Below, piece after piece: positions 14,705-33,313 of a stretch of DNA of 64,000 nt; the first letter of the stretch is position 1; each line of letters starts with the position of its first letter. The notes below the pieces were generated by a model. It did no database searches. It worked only from the letters and a program-made list of their open reading frames with translations, and had not been told where the DNA came from. The stretch is taken from the NCBI RefSeq assembly GCF_009914755.1, contig NC_060936.1, one strand, 5' to 3'. This DNA comes from the human T2T-CHM13v2.0 reference genome, Homo sapiens. The position numbers and the translations under genes are program-made.

Positions 14705-17700
14705 TTATATGTATACACGCATACACGTTCATATAAGGAAGCCATATCCTGAATGATAAAATAAACCTCAACAAATTTAAAAGAATTAAAATGATACAGA
14801 ATATGTTTTTTGACTACATGGATTTCAAGCTAGAAATCAGTAACAAAAGGATAACATGAAAATCTCCAAACACATGGAAACCAATATAAATAGCTCATGG
14901 TAGTCTCAAGAAAATTTGAGAAATATAGTGAACTAAACAAAAATGAATATACAACATATTAAAATTTGTGGTATGCAGCTAAAACAGTGCAGAGGAAAAA
15001 TCTTACAGCTCAAGACCTAGAGGTGAAAGTCTTGAATTAATAATCTAAGCTCTCACTTCAAGAACATAGAAAAAGAACAGCAAAAATCAGGCATACCTCA
15101 TATTATTGTGCTTTGATTTCTTGTGATTCACAGACACTGTGCTTTTTACAAATTGAAGGTAGATAGCAGCTCTGTCAAGCAAGTCTACTGGTACCATTTT
15201 TCCAACAGCAGGTGGAAAAATTATGTCTATGTGTCACATTTTAGTAGTTCTCACAATATTTTAAACTTTTAAATTATTTTTATATCTGTTATGATGATTA
15301 GTGATCGTTGATATTACTATGGTAATTGCTTCTGGGATACTGCAAACAGCACCCATATAAGACAGCAAACTTAATTGATAAATGTTCCATGTGTCCTGAC
15401 AGCTCCACTGACCAGCTATTTGCTCTCTCTCTCTCTCTCCCCTCAGGCCTCCTTATTTTCTGAGACACAACTATATTGAAATTAGGTCAACTAATACCCC
15501 CACATTGGCCTCTAAGTGTTCAAGTGACAGGAAGAGCTGCATGTCTCTCACGTTAAATTAAAAGCTAGGAAAAATTAAGCATAGAGAGGAAGGCAGGCAG
15601 AAAGCGAAGACAGGCCAAAAGCTAGACTCTTGGCACCAATTAGTTGGCCAAGTTGAGAATGCACAGGAAAAGTTTTTGAAGGCAATTAAAAGTGCTATGC
15701 CAGTGAACACACAAATAATAAGAAAGTGTAAAAAGCCTCATTGCTAATATGGAGAAAGTTTTAGTGGGCTAGATAGAAAATCAAACCAGCCACAACATTT
15801 CCCTAAGCCATAGCCTAATTCAGAGCAAGGATGTGCAAGGAGGTTAATGCTGTTTTCGTGCCTGCTAACACAACATTCATTCTGCAGCCCTTAGATCAAG
15901 GAGTAATTTCAACTTTCTAGTCTCATTACTTAAGAAATAAATTTTGTAAGGCTATAGTTGTCATAGATAGTGATTCCTTGGATGCATCTGGGCAAAATAC
16001 ATTGAAAACCTTCTGGAAAGGATTCATCATTCTAAATGCCATTAAGAACATTCATGACTCATGGGAGGAGGTCAAAATAGCAACTTTAACAGGAGTTTGG
16101 AAGAAGTTTATTCCAATCCTCATGGGTTATTTCGAGATGTTAAAGACTTCAGTGGAAGAAATAATTGCTAATGTGGTGGAAATAGCAAGAAAATTAGAAT
16201 TAGAAGCCTGAAGATGTGACTGAATTGCTGCAATCTCATCAAAAAACTTGAACAGATGAGGAGTTGCTTCTTATGGATGAGCAAAAAAAGTGGTTTCTTG
16301 ACATGGAATCTACTCCTGGTGAAGATGCTGTAAACATTGTTGAAATGACAATAAAGGATTCAGAATATTACATAAACTTAGTTGATAAAGCAGTGGCAGG
16401 GTTTGAGAGGATTAACTCTAATTTTGAAAGAAGTTCTACTGTGAGTAAAATGCTATCAAACAGCATCACATGCTACAGAGAAATCTTTTGTGAAGAGTCA
16501 ATTGATGAGGCAAACCTCATTGTCTTATTTTAAGAAATTGCAGAGAGGCTTAAAAATGGCTGACTAGAGGCATCTGGTACTTGCCTCCTCCACAAAGCAG
16601 CACTGAAATAGCAAGTAGACAATCACACTTGTAATAGATCTTCTAAGAGAGAATACTGGAATTCAACAGACAAGTGGCAGGAAACACCTAAAGCAAGGAG
16701 GGAGAGGAAAGTGAGGCAGCCTGCTCAGCCATGATCAATTGGGACCCCAGAGAGCCTTCCCAACAGGGGAAAGAGTAAGTGGGAGATCCCCAGTGGTGCA
16801 CATTTCCACCACAGACCCCTGAAATCCTAGCCATGGAAGAGTCTCTTGACCCTCACCTACCCTGAGAATAAAATAGAAAGTTGCAGAGGCCATATCATGG
16901 CACTACTTGGAGAGGGAGCTTGTGCTGGGTTCCACACTCGCTATGTGGTAGAGATAGCAAGATATATAGAATTAGAAGTGGAGCCTGAATATGTGACTGA
17001 ATTGCTGCAGTCTCATCAAAAACCTTGAACAGATGAGGGATTGCGTCTCATGAATAAGCAAAGAAAGTGGTTTCTTGACACGGAATGTACTGAAGTGCAC
17101 ATTCAGTACATGTAGTGAAGATGCTGTGAATATTGTTGAAATGACAACAAAGAATTTAGAATGTTACATAAAGTAGTGCCTCTCAACTCCCATGAGCACT
17201 GAGAATAAAATAGGGAGTTGCAGAGACCATACAATGGCACTGCTCCAGACAGGGGGCTCACACTGGGTCCTAAGCAACTATAGCACAATGTCATTTTGAG
17301 CCCAATCCCCAACACACTACATCCTGCCCTCGGGCTCAACGGTCCCTGCATCTCTACATTCCTGGAGCCCCATTGACGTTCCCTGCCCACAGTCATCACC
17401 ACTGCTGGCTGCTGCCACTGGAGCTGAAGTACAAACCACTGGCAGCAACTCTGCTGCCCCCAATAGCAGGACAGCCCCACATTTAAAAGATATTCCACCT
17501 GCAACTGCCACCTGAAGCCCAAGAGTGTGCACCCTAGCTGCCTGCCTGTGGCTATTGCAACAGAAAGCAACATTGCCCTCCCCAACAACAGGACCACAGC
17601 ATAGATGTTGTCACTCCCACCTGAGCATTCCACCAGGGGCTGGGGATGACGCTTCCCCTACCTACCACAGCCAGCATCTGCATGCATCAATGGGGGCTGA

Positions 17701-19199
17701 GGGCAGGAACACCCAGTCTGGCTCCATCCCTGCTAGTGTCCAAGCATGCTGTTCAGTGGTCTGGGGATCACCCAGCCCCGGCTACCACTACTGGTATCTA
17801 ACCACTCCTTCTAGGATCCTGATGTCACACCCAACCAACCTGTCATTACCACCATAGCTGGTACCCACCTGCATACACTACTTGCAGGACTGGGGAATGG
17901 CCTACCTAGCCAGGTGTAGTTACCACCAACACCAGCACAGATCACTTGAGTGCCAGAGGGTCATCCCACCACTGCTAGTGATATCACCCACACCCACTGC
18001 CTAGGGACCTAACAACCAACCCACATGCTTGGCCCACCACTGCCATCCCTGGAACTCGAGCAACCTGGAAGCCCAAGAATAAGCTTGCTTGGCCCCACTA
18101 ACACTGATGCCAGCATACACCACCCTGAGGCCCAAGTACAGGCATGATTGGTCCACCACTGCCACTACTGGGGCCCAAGAACTGGCCTACCTGGAATGCC
18201 TGTCTCCAATAAAACTTTACCATAGCCTCCATTAACAACTACACCCTAAGCCACTGATGACACCACAGACACCATGACCACTGTTTACAGCTGAAGAAAT
18301 TATACAAGGACTATACTACTTCACACACCCAAAATCAAAGCCAAGGTGCCGTCCCAACCAACACCATAGTTATATCTTCAGGAAAAATCCTCCCCTCCCC
18401 TAGGAAAGCAAATCCAAAACAGGAAGAATATGTTGTTACACCAGATGCTCAGATATCAATGTAAGGACACAAAAAACATGAAAAAGCAAGAAAATATGAC
18501 ACCTGCAGAGGAACACAATAATTCTCCAGCAACAGATTCCAATGAAATTTATGAAATTTCATAAAATCCTAGAAAAAATTCAAAATATTGACATTAAAAA
18601 ATTCAGTGATATGTAAGAGAATACAGGTAAACAATACAAAGAAATCAGAAAAAAACAATTCAGGATATGAATGAGAAATTAACCAAAGAGATATCACAGA
18701 AAAGAACCAAACAGAAATACTGGAAATGAAGAATTCAATTAATGAAATAAAACAATGCATTTAAAGTCTACAACAATGGACTAGATGAACCAGAAGAAAG
18801 AATTTGAGAAGTTGAAGATAAGGCCTTTGAAATAACCCAGTCAGACAAAAATAAAAAAAAGAAAAAGAGTGAACAAAGCCTATGTGCCATATGGGACACC
18901 ATAAAGCAATCAAATATTTGAATTTTTAGTGTCCCAGAAGGCAAGATAAAATGAAAGGGATAGAACATCTATTTAATAAAATAATAGCTGAAAACTTCTA
19001 AAGTCTGGCAAGAGATAGAGATATCCAGGTACAGGAAGTTTATAGGTTTCCAACTAGTTACATTCAATAAGATCTTCTCCACAGCACATTATTGTCAAAC
19101 TGTCAAAAGTCAAAGGTTAAAAAATATTCTAAAAACAGTAAGAGAAAAGCATCTAGTCAATTATAAGGTAGCTCTGATTAGAATAACAGAATATTTCTT

Positions 19200-19517
<318 letters not shown>

Positions 19518-21031
19518 TAACAGCAGATTTCTTAGCAAGAAACCTTACAGGCCAGGAGAGAATGGGATATTATATTCAAAGTGCTAAAAGAAAAAAATCA
19601 GTCAAGGATACTATACCCAGAAAAGTTATTCTTCATGAATGAAGGAGAAATAAAGTCCTTAAGGGAGTCCTATACCTGCAAGTGAAAGGATGATGTCCAC
19701 CATCACAAAAACACACAAAAGTATTAAACCCATCAGTAGAGCAAACACACAAATAAGGAAGACAAAGAACTCAAATAGTACACTATAGAAAACCACAAAG
19801 CTACAATAAACAATGGGAGAAAGAAAAAAACAAAGAATATGGGAAAAACCCAGAAATTAATAAATAAAGTGACTGGTATAAGTGCACACATATCAATAAT
19901 AACCTAATAACCTTGAGTGTAATGTTCCCATTTAAAAGATAGAGGTGGGCTAAATGGATTAAGAAAAAAATGAAAATCAAAAAAGAGGAGGAGTAGCTAT
20001 ACTTACATAAAACAATCTTTAAGTCAAAAAATAGTAGAAAGACGGGGAGGAGCCAAGATGGCCGAATAGGAACAGCTCCGGTCTACAGCTCCCAGCGTGA
20101 GTGACGCAGAAGACGGGTGATTTCTGCATTTCCATCTGAGGTACCAGGTTCATCTCACCAGGGAGTGCCAGACAGTGGGCGCAGGTCAGTGGGTGTGCGC
20201 ACCGTGGGCGAGCCGAAGCAAGGTGAGGCATTGCCTCACTCAGGAAGTGCAAGGGGTCAGGGAGTTCCCTTTCCTAGTCAAAGAAAGGGGTGACGGAGGG
20301 CACCAGGAAAATCGGGTCACTCCCACCCGAATACTGTGCTTTTCTGACGGGCTTAAAAAACGGCGCACCACGAGATTATATCCCGCACCTGGCTCGGAGG
20401 GTCCTAGCCCACAGAGTCTCGCTGATTGCTAGCACAGCAGTCTGAGATCAAACTGCAAGGCGGCAGCGAGGCTGGGGGAGGGGCGCCCGCCATTGCCCAG
20501 GCTTGCTTAGGTAAACAAAGCAGCCAGGAAGCTTGAACTGGGTGGAGCCCACCACAGCTCAAGGAGGCCTGCCTGCCTCTGTAGGCTCCACCTCTGGAGG
20601 CAGGGCACAGACAAACAAAAAGCAGTAACCTCTGCAGACTTAAATGTCCCTGTCTGACAGCTTTGAAGAGAGCAGTGGTTCTCCCAGTATGCAGCTGGAG
20701 ATCTGAGAATGGGCAGACTGCCTCCTCAAGTGGGTCCCTGACCCCTGACCCCCAAGCAGCCTAACTGGGAGGCACCCCCCAGCAGGGGCACACTGACACC
20801 TCACACGGCAGGGTACTCCAACAGACCTGAAGCTGAGGGTCCTGTCTGTTAGAAGGAAAACTAACAAACAGAAAGGACATCCACACCAAAAACCCATCTG
20901 TACATCACCATCATCAAAGACCAAAAGTAGATAAAACCACAAAGATAGGGAAAAAACAGAACAGAAAAACTGGAAACTCTAAAAAGCAGAGCGCCTCTCC
21001 TCCTCCAAAGGAACACAGTTCCTCACCAGCA

Positions 21032-21961
21032 ATGGAACAAAGCTGGATGGAGAATGACTTTGACGAGCTGAGAGAAGAAGGCTTCAGACGATCAAATTAC
21101 TCCGAGCTACAGGAGGACATTCAAACCAAAGGCAAAGAAGTTGAAAACTTTGAAAAAAATTTAGAAGAATGTATAACTAGAATAACCAATACAGAGAAGT
21201 GCTTAAAGGAGCTGATGGAGCTGAAAACCAAGGCTCGAGAACTACGTGAAGAATGCAGAAGCCTCAGGAGCCGATGCGATCAACTGGAAGAAAGGGTATC
21301 AGCAATGGAAGATGAAATGAATGAAATGAAGCAAGAAGGGAAGTTTAGAGAAAAAAGAATAAAAAGAAATGAGCAAAGCCTCCAAGAAATATGGGACTAT
21401 GTGAAAAGACCAAATCTACATCTGATTGGTGTACCTGAAAGTGACGGGGAGAATGGAACCAAGTTGGAAAACACTCTGCAGGATATTATCCAGGAGAACT
21501 TCCCCAATCTAGCAAGGCAGGCCAACATTCAGATTCAGGAAATACAGAGAACACCACAAACATACTCCTCGAGAAGAGCAACTCCAAGACACATAATTGT
21601 CAGATTCACCAAAGTTGAAATGAAGGAAAAAATGTTAAGGGCAGCCAGAGAGAAAGGTCGGGTTACCCTCAAAGGGAAGCCCATCAGACTAACAGCAGAT
21701 CTCTCAGCAGAAACCCTACAAGCCAGAAGAGAGTGGGGGCCAATATTCAACATTCTTAAAGAAAAGAATTTTCAACCCAGAATTTCATATCCAGCCAAAC
21801 TAAGCTTCATAAGCGAAGGAGAAATAAAATACTTTACAGACAAGCAAATGCTGAGAGATTTTGTCACCACCAGGCCTGCCCTAAAAGAGCTCCTGAAGGA
21901 AGTGCTAAACATGGAAAGGAACAACCGGTACCAGCCGCTGCAAAATCATGCCAAAATGTAA
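21032..21961 (+). CDS. L1 ORF1p, open 309-aa frame lacking the first 29 residues
   Basis: Coiled coil, RRM and CTD (…ERNNRYQPLQNHAKM) without stops; canonical start at 20945 reads ATA; ATG at 21032 is in frame. Confidence 0.8.
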   Translation: MEQSWMENDFDELREEGFRRSNYSELQEDIQTKGKEVENFEKNLEECITRITNTEKCLKELMELKTKARELREECRSLRSRCDQLEERVSAMEDEMNEMKQEGKFREKRIKRNEQSLQEIWDYVKRPNLHLIGVPESDGENGTKLENTLQDIIQENFPNLARQANIQIQEIQRTPQTYSSRRATPRHIIVRFTKVEMKEKMLRAAREKGRVTLKGKPIRLTADLSAETLQARREWGPIFNILKEKNFQPRISYPAKLSFISEGEIKYFTDKQMLRDFVTTRPALKELLKEVLNMERNNRYQPLQNHAKM

Positions 21962-22024
21962 AGACCATAGAGACTAGGAAGAAACTGCATCAACTAATGA
22001 GCAAAATGTCCAGCTAACATCATC

Positions 22025-25850
<3,826 letters not shown>

Positions 25851-28800
25851 ACAATGAGATCACATGGACACAGGAAGGGGAACATCACACTCTGGAGACT
25901 GTTGTGGGGTGGGGGGAGGGGGGAGGGATAGCATTGGGAGATATACCTAATGCTAGATGATGAGTTAGTGGGTGCAGCGCACCAGCGTGGCACATGTATA
26001 ACATGTAGCTAACCTGCACAATGTGCACATGTACCCTAAAACTTAAAGTATAATAATAAGAGAAAAAAAAAAGTAGAAAGAGACATAGAAGATCATTATG
26101 TAATGATAAAAGGGTCAATTCAGCAAAAGTAATTAACAATTCTAAACATATGTGAACCCAACCACAGAGCAACTAGATATACAAAGCAAATATTGTTAGA
26201 TCTAAAGGAAGATATAGACTCCAATACAATAATGGTAAAGGACTTCAACATCCTACTCTCAGCATTAAACAGATCATCTCGACAGAAAATTAGCTAAGAC
26301 ATATTGGATTTAATCCAAACTTTAGATCAAATGGACATAATAGACATTTACAGACAATTTCATCTAACAGTTACAGAATACACATTCTTCTCATCAGCAT
26401 AAAGAACATTCTCCAGGATAAACAATATATTAGGACACAAAATAAATCTCAATAAATTTTTAAAAATCAAAATCATATCAAGTATCTTCTTAGACTACAA
26501 TGGAATAAAAGTAGAAATCAATAACAAGAGGAACTTTGGAAACTGTATACATACATTAAACAGTATACTCTTGAATGACCACTGGGTCAAGGAAGAAATT
26601 AAGGAGGAAATCGAAACATTTCTTGAAAAAAATTTGAAATATAACATACCAAAACCTATGTGATACAACAAAAGCAGTGCTGAGAGGGAAGTTTATAGAA
26701 ATAAACATCCACATTAAAAAAGTAGAAAGACTTCAAATACACAATCTAATGATACATCTCAAGGAATTAAAAAGCAAGAACAAACCAAACCAATTAGCAG
26801 AAGAAAATAAATAATAAAGATCAGGGCAGAACTAAACTAAATCGAGAGTAAAAACAAATTACAAAAAATCAACTAAATGAAAAGTTGGTTTTTTGAAAAA
26901 ATAAACTGATAAAACACTACCTAGACTAATCAAGTAAAGGAGAAAATGCAAATAAGCAAAATTAGAAATTAAAAAGGAGACATTATAACTGATACTACAG
27001 AAATATAAAAGATCATCAGATACTATTATGAATAACTATATAGTGAGAAACTGGAAAACCTTGAGAAAATGGATAAGTTCCTAAATATGTATAACCTACT
27101 TAGATTGAATCACTACTTAGAAAGAAATGGAAAATGTAAACAGACCAATAATGAGTAATAAAATTGAATCAGTAATAAAGTCTCTCAACAGGAAAAAATG
27201 TCCAGAACCTGCCAGATTTTACCAAAGTTCCAAAGGAACTAACACTAATTCCCAAACTGTCAAAAATTGAGGATGAGAGAATTCTCCCTAACCCATTTTA
27301 TGAGGTCAGCCTTACCATTACCAAAACCAAGCAAGGACACAACAAAAAAAGAAAATTACAGGCAAGTATCCCCAGTAAACATAGAGAAAAAAATCCTCAA
27401 TAAAATACTACCCCACCAAATCCAACAGCATATGAAAAAGATAATACATCATGATCAAGTGCGATTTGTCCCAGGTATGCACGTATGGCTCAACATATGC
27501 AAATTAATAAATGTGATATATCACATTGACAGAATGAAGGACAAAAACCATGTGATTATCTCAATAGATGCAAAGTAGCATTTGATAAAATTCAACATTT
27601 CTTAATGATAAAAACTCTCAACAAACTAGGAGTAGAATGAACATATCTCAACATAATAAAGGTTATATATGACAAACCAAAAGCTAACATCATACTAAAT
27701 GGGAAAAACCTGAAAGCCTTTCATCTAAGAACTGAAACAAGACAAGGATGTCCACTTTCACCACTCCTATTCAATGTAGTACTGGAAGTTCTGGCCAGAG
27801 TAACCAGTCAAGAGAAAGGAATAAAAAGTATGCAAATTGGGGAAAAGGAAGTCAAATTGCCCCATTCTGCAGATGATATGATCTTATATCTAGAAAAACC
27901 TAAAGACTCCACCAAAAAACCCTGACATCTGATGAATAAATTCAATATTCAGTAAAGCTTCTGGATACAAAATCAACAACAATAAAAAATCAGTAGCATT
28001 TCTATACACCAATAATGAACGAGCTGAGAAAAAAATTAAGAAGGCAATCCCACTTACAATAGCTACAAAAAAAAAATACCTAGGAATAAATTTAACCAAG
28101 AAGATGAAAAACTTCTGCAAGAAAAACTACAAAGCACTGGTGAAAGAAATTGAAGAGGACAACAAATGAAAAAAAATCCCATGCTCATGGATCAGAATTA
28201 ATATTGTTAAAATGACCTTATTTAAAGCAATCTACACATTCAGTGCAATACACATCAAAATACCTATGTCATTTTTTCCACAGAAATAGAAAAAAAAAAA
28301 CACCTAAAATTTGTATGGTGTTTTTTGTTTTTTTAAAAAAAAGCCCAAACAACAAAAATAATCCTGAGCAAAAAGAATAAAGCTGGAAGCGTCACATTAC
28401 CTGACTTCAAAATATGTTACAAGGCTATAGTAACCAAAACAGCATGGTATTGATATAAAAATAGATGCACAGATGAATGGAACAGAATGAAGAACCCAGA
28501 CATAAATCCACATATTTATAGTCAAAGTGCCTTGACAAAGTGCCTTGACAAAGGCACTAAGAATATACATTGGGGAAAGACCACCTTCTTCAATAAATGG
28601 TGCTGGGAAAATCAAATAGCCATATGCAGAAGAATAAAACTGGACCCCATCTCTCACCATATACATAAATCAACTCAAAATAAATTAAAGACTTAAATTT
28701 AAGACCCGAAACTAAAACTACTAGAAGAAAACATAGGGGAAATGCTTCAAGACATTGGCCTAGGCAAAGATTTTTAGCTAAGACCTCAAAAGCACAGGCA

Positions 28801-28915
28801 ACTAAAATGAAAACAGATAAATGGGATTACATCAAACTAAAAACCTTCTGCACAGCAAAGGAAACAACAGAGGGAAGAGGCAGCATGTTGAATAGGAGAT
28901 AATATTTACAAACTA

Positions 28916-29201
<286 letters not shown>

Positions 29202-30229
29202 TCAATAAGAAAAAATAATAATAACCCCATTAAAAAGTGGACAAAGAACATGAATAGATATTTTTCAAAAGGAGACATAGAAATGGCTAACAGATACATG
29301 AAAATATGGCCAATATCTCTAATCATCAGAAATGCAAATCAAAGCCACAGTGGGATATCCTCTTACTCTAGTTAGAATGGTTATTATAAAAAAGATGAAA
29401 ACCCCAGATGCTGGTGAAGATGCAGAGAAATGAGAACTATTATATACTTTTGGTAGGAATGTTAGTACAACCACCGTAACAAACAATATGGAGATTTCTC
29501 AAAAAACTAAAAATAGAACTACCATATGACTCAACAATCCCACTACTGGATATTTATTCAAAGGAAAGAAAATCAGAATATCACAGGGAAACCTGTACTC
29601 CATGTGTATTGCAGCACTATTTATAATAGCAAATATATGGAATCAACCTAAGCGTCCATCAATGGACAAATGGATAAATAAAATGTGATATATATACACA
29701 GTGCAATACTATTTGGCCATAAAATGGAATAAAATCATGTCATTTATGGCAACACAGATGGAACTAGAGTTCACTATATTAAGTGAAATAAACCAAGCCG
29801 AGAAAGACAAAGAGTACACATTCTCGTTCATATGTAGGAGCTAAAAAAGTTGGTCTCATTGGGGTGGAAAGTGGAATGATAAATATCAGAGGCTGGGAAG
29901 GGTGTACGGCTGAAGAGGGGGATGAGGAGAGGTTGGTTAATGGGTGCAAACATTAGTTAGATAGATGGAATAAGTTCTAATGCTCACCAGAAAAGCAGCT
30001 TGACTATAGTTAAAACAATGTATATTGTACGTTTAAAAATAGCTAGAAGAGAGGACTTGAAATGTTCCCAACACATAGAAATAATAAGTAATTGAGGTGA
30101 CACCTTAAGTACTCTGACTTGATCATTACATATTCTACGCATGTAAAAAAATCACATATACCCCATAAATATGTATAATATCATGCTTCATTAAAGATAA
30201 ATAAATTATTATTATGTATTAAGAAAGAA

Positions 30230-30530
<301 letters not shown>

Positions 30531-31420
30531 GAAAGAAAATTGCCACAGACACCCCAACCTTCAGCAACCACCACCCTGATCAGTTAGCAGACGTCAACAT
30601 TGAAGCAAGACTCTCCACCAGCAAAAAGATACAACTCACTGAAGCCTCAGATGGTTGTTAGTATTTTTTAGCAATAAAATATTTTAAATAAAGGTATGTA
30701 CATTTTTCAGACATAATACTATTGAACACTTATTACACTACATTATGGTGTAAACATAACTAGTATATGCATTAGAAAACCAAACAATTTTTGTGATTAG
30801 CTTTATTGTGATATTCACTTTTATTGTGGTGGTCTGGGACCAAACCCACAACATCTCAGAAGTATGCTTGTAAATCCAAAGCAAACAGAAGGAAGGAGGT
30901 AATAAAGATAAAAGCAGAAACCCATGAAACTGCAAACAAGACAATAGAGAAAGTTAGTGAAACATAAAGTGGTTCTTTGAGAAGACCAATAAAATTGACA
31001 GACCTCTAGCAAGACTGGCAAAGAAAAAAAGGAAGACAAAGATGATAAATATTGGGAATAAAAGAGAATATCACCTTAAACCCTACAGACATCAAAAAGA
31101 TAATAAGAGAATTCTATAAACAAATCTATGTACATAAATCTGGCAACTCAGATGATATGAATCAATTATTCAAAAACAAATTACCATTACTCATGCAACA
31201 GGAAATAGATCATTAGAATAATCTATTGCTATTAAATAAATTAAATTAGGATTTAAAAACCTTTTCAAAAGCTTCAGGCCCGTATGGTTTCATTGAAGAA
31301 TTCTACCAAATATTTAAAGAAGAACTAACACCAATTCCATACATTTGCTTGCAGAAAATTAAATTGGGAGCACTTCCAAATTCACTTTATAAGGCTAATG
31401 TTAGTTTAATATAAAAATCA

Positions 31421-31628
31421 GAGAAGAAAGAAAAAGACGGAAAGAAAGAAAGAAAGAAAGAAAGAAAAAGGAAGGAAGGAAGGAAGGAAGAGGAAGGAAG
31501 GAAGGGAAAGAAAGAGAAAGGAAGAGAGAGAAGAAAGAGAGAAAGGAAGAGAGAGAAGAAAGAGAGAAAGAAAGAAAAGACAAAGAAAGAAAGAAAAAGA
31601 AAGAAAGAAAGAAAAAGAAAGAAAGAAA

Positions 31629-31664
<36 letters not shown>

Positions 31665-31688
31665 GAAAGAAAGAAAGAAGGAAGGAAG
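31421..31688. repeat. GA-rich compound microsatellite (GAAA)n/(GGAA)n/(GA)n
   Basis: ~265 bp almost purely purine on the + strand. Confidence 0.97.
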
Positions 31689-32383
31689 CCCCTCTCATGA
31701 GTATAGATGTGAAAATTCTTAACAAAATATTAGCAAGCAGAATTCAGGGATATATAAAAAGAATTATATACCATATCCAAGTGGAGTCTATTCCATGGAT
31801 GCAAGGGTGGTTAAATATTGAAAAATCGACCAATGTGACCCACCATATCAACAAGCTAAGGAAGAAAAATTATATGATCTTATTAACAGATATAGGGAAA
31901 ACATTTGAACAAAATCAGCAGTCATTCATGATAAATACTTTCAAAAAACTAGAAATAGGGGGAGAAACTTCCTAAACTTAATTTTAAAAAATCCACAAAA
32001 AATCCTGTAGCTACCATACTTAATGCCAAAAGAATGAATGGTTTCTTCTTAAGTTCAGGAAAAGGGCAAGAATTTCCATCACTGATATTCAAAATAGTAA
32101 ATCACTCATCACTGGTATGCAACGTACTGTTGGAAATTCTGGCCATTGCAGTAAGGCAAGAAAAGGAAATAAAATGCACACAGAGTGGAAAGAAAGAAAT
32201 AACTGTTCCTATTTGCAGATGGCATGAGTGTCTACATAGAAAATTCCCCCAAATTAAAATACTCCTAGAACTGATAAGTAAGTTTAGCAAGGTCACAGGA
32301 TACAACATCAACATACAAAAAACAATTGCATTTCTACATACTAGTAAAGACACCTGGACACTAAAATTAAAAATATAAAACCA

Positions 32384-32690
32384 GGCCGGGTGAGGTGGCT
32401 CATGCCTGTAATCTCAACACTTTGGGAGGCTGAGGGGGGTGGATCACGAGGGCAGGAGATCAAGACCACCTTGACTAACACAATGAAACCCCATATCTAC
32501 TAAAAAATACCAAAAAAATTAACCAGGTGTGGTGGTGGGTGCCTGTAGTCCCAGCTACTCAGGAGGCTGAGGCGGGAGAATGGTGTGAACTCAGAAGGCA
32601 GAGCTTGCAGTGAGCCAAGATTGCGCCACTGCACTCCAGCCTGGGAGTCAGAGCGAGACTCCATCCCAATAAATAAATAAATAAATAAAT
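32384..32690 (+). mobile_element. AluY-like SINE
   Basis: Full dimer, gaatggtgtgaac…gagcttgcag, (AATA)n tail. Confidence 0.92.
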
Positions 32691-33008
32691 TATATATATA
32701 TAGCCATTATAATTGCTGTTAAAAAATGAAATACTTATGTGTAAATCTACCAATGCACACACAGGACGTGCATACTGAAAACTACACAACACTCATGAAA
32801 GACATCAAAGATCAAAATAAATAGAAGGATATTCTGAATGTTTGAATTGGAAAACTCAAAGTAACTAAAGATGTGCATTCTTCCAAGTTGATATACAGTT
32901 GAACATTATTCATATCAAAATCTTAGATTTGTTGTAAATATAGACAAAATTATTCTAAAATTCACATGGAAAAGCAAAGTAACTAGAATAGTGTAAATAT
33001 TTCTTATA

Positions 33009-33313
<305 letters not shown>

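Noticed and set aside
17103-17857. 176-aa and 110-aa ORFs
   Set aside because: Lie in the C-rich L1M 5'UTR; no recognisable domain.
25905-25928. G-quadruplex-forming tract
   Set aside because: Standard G-rich tract of the L1PA 3'UTR.
28522-28552. 13-bp tandem duplication caaagtgccttga (similar small ones near 27096 and 54773)
   Set aside because: Ordinary slippage duplications inside decayed L1 sequence.
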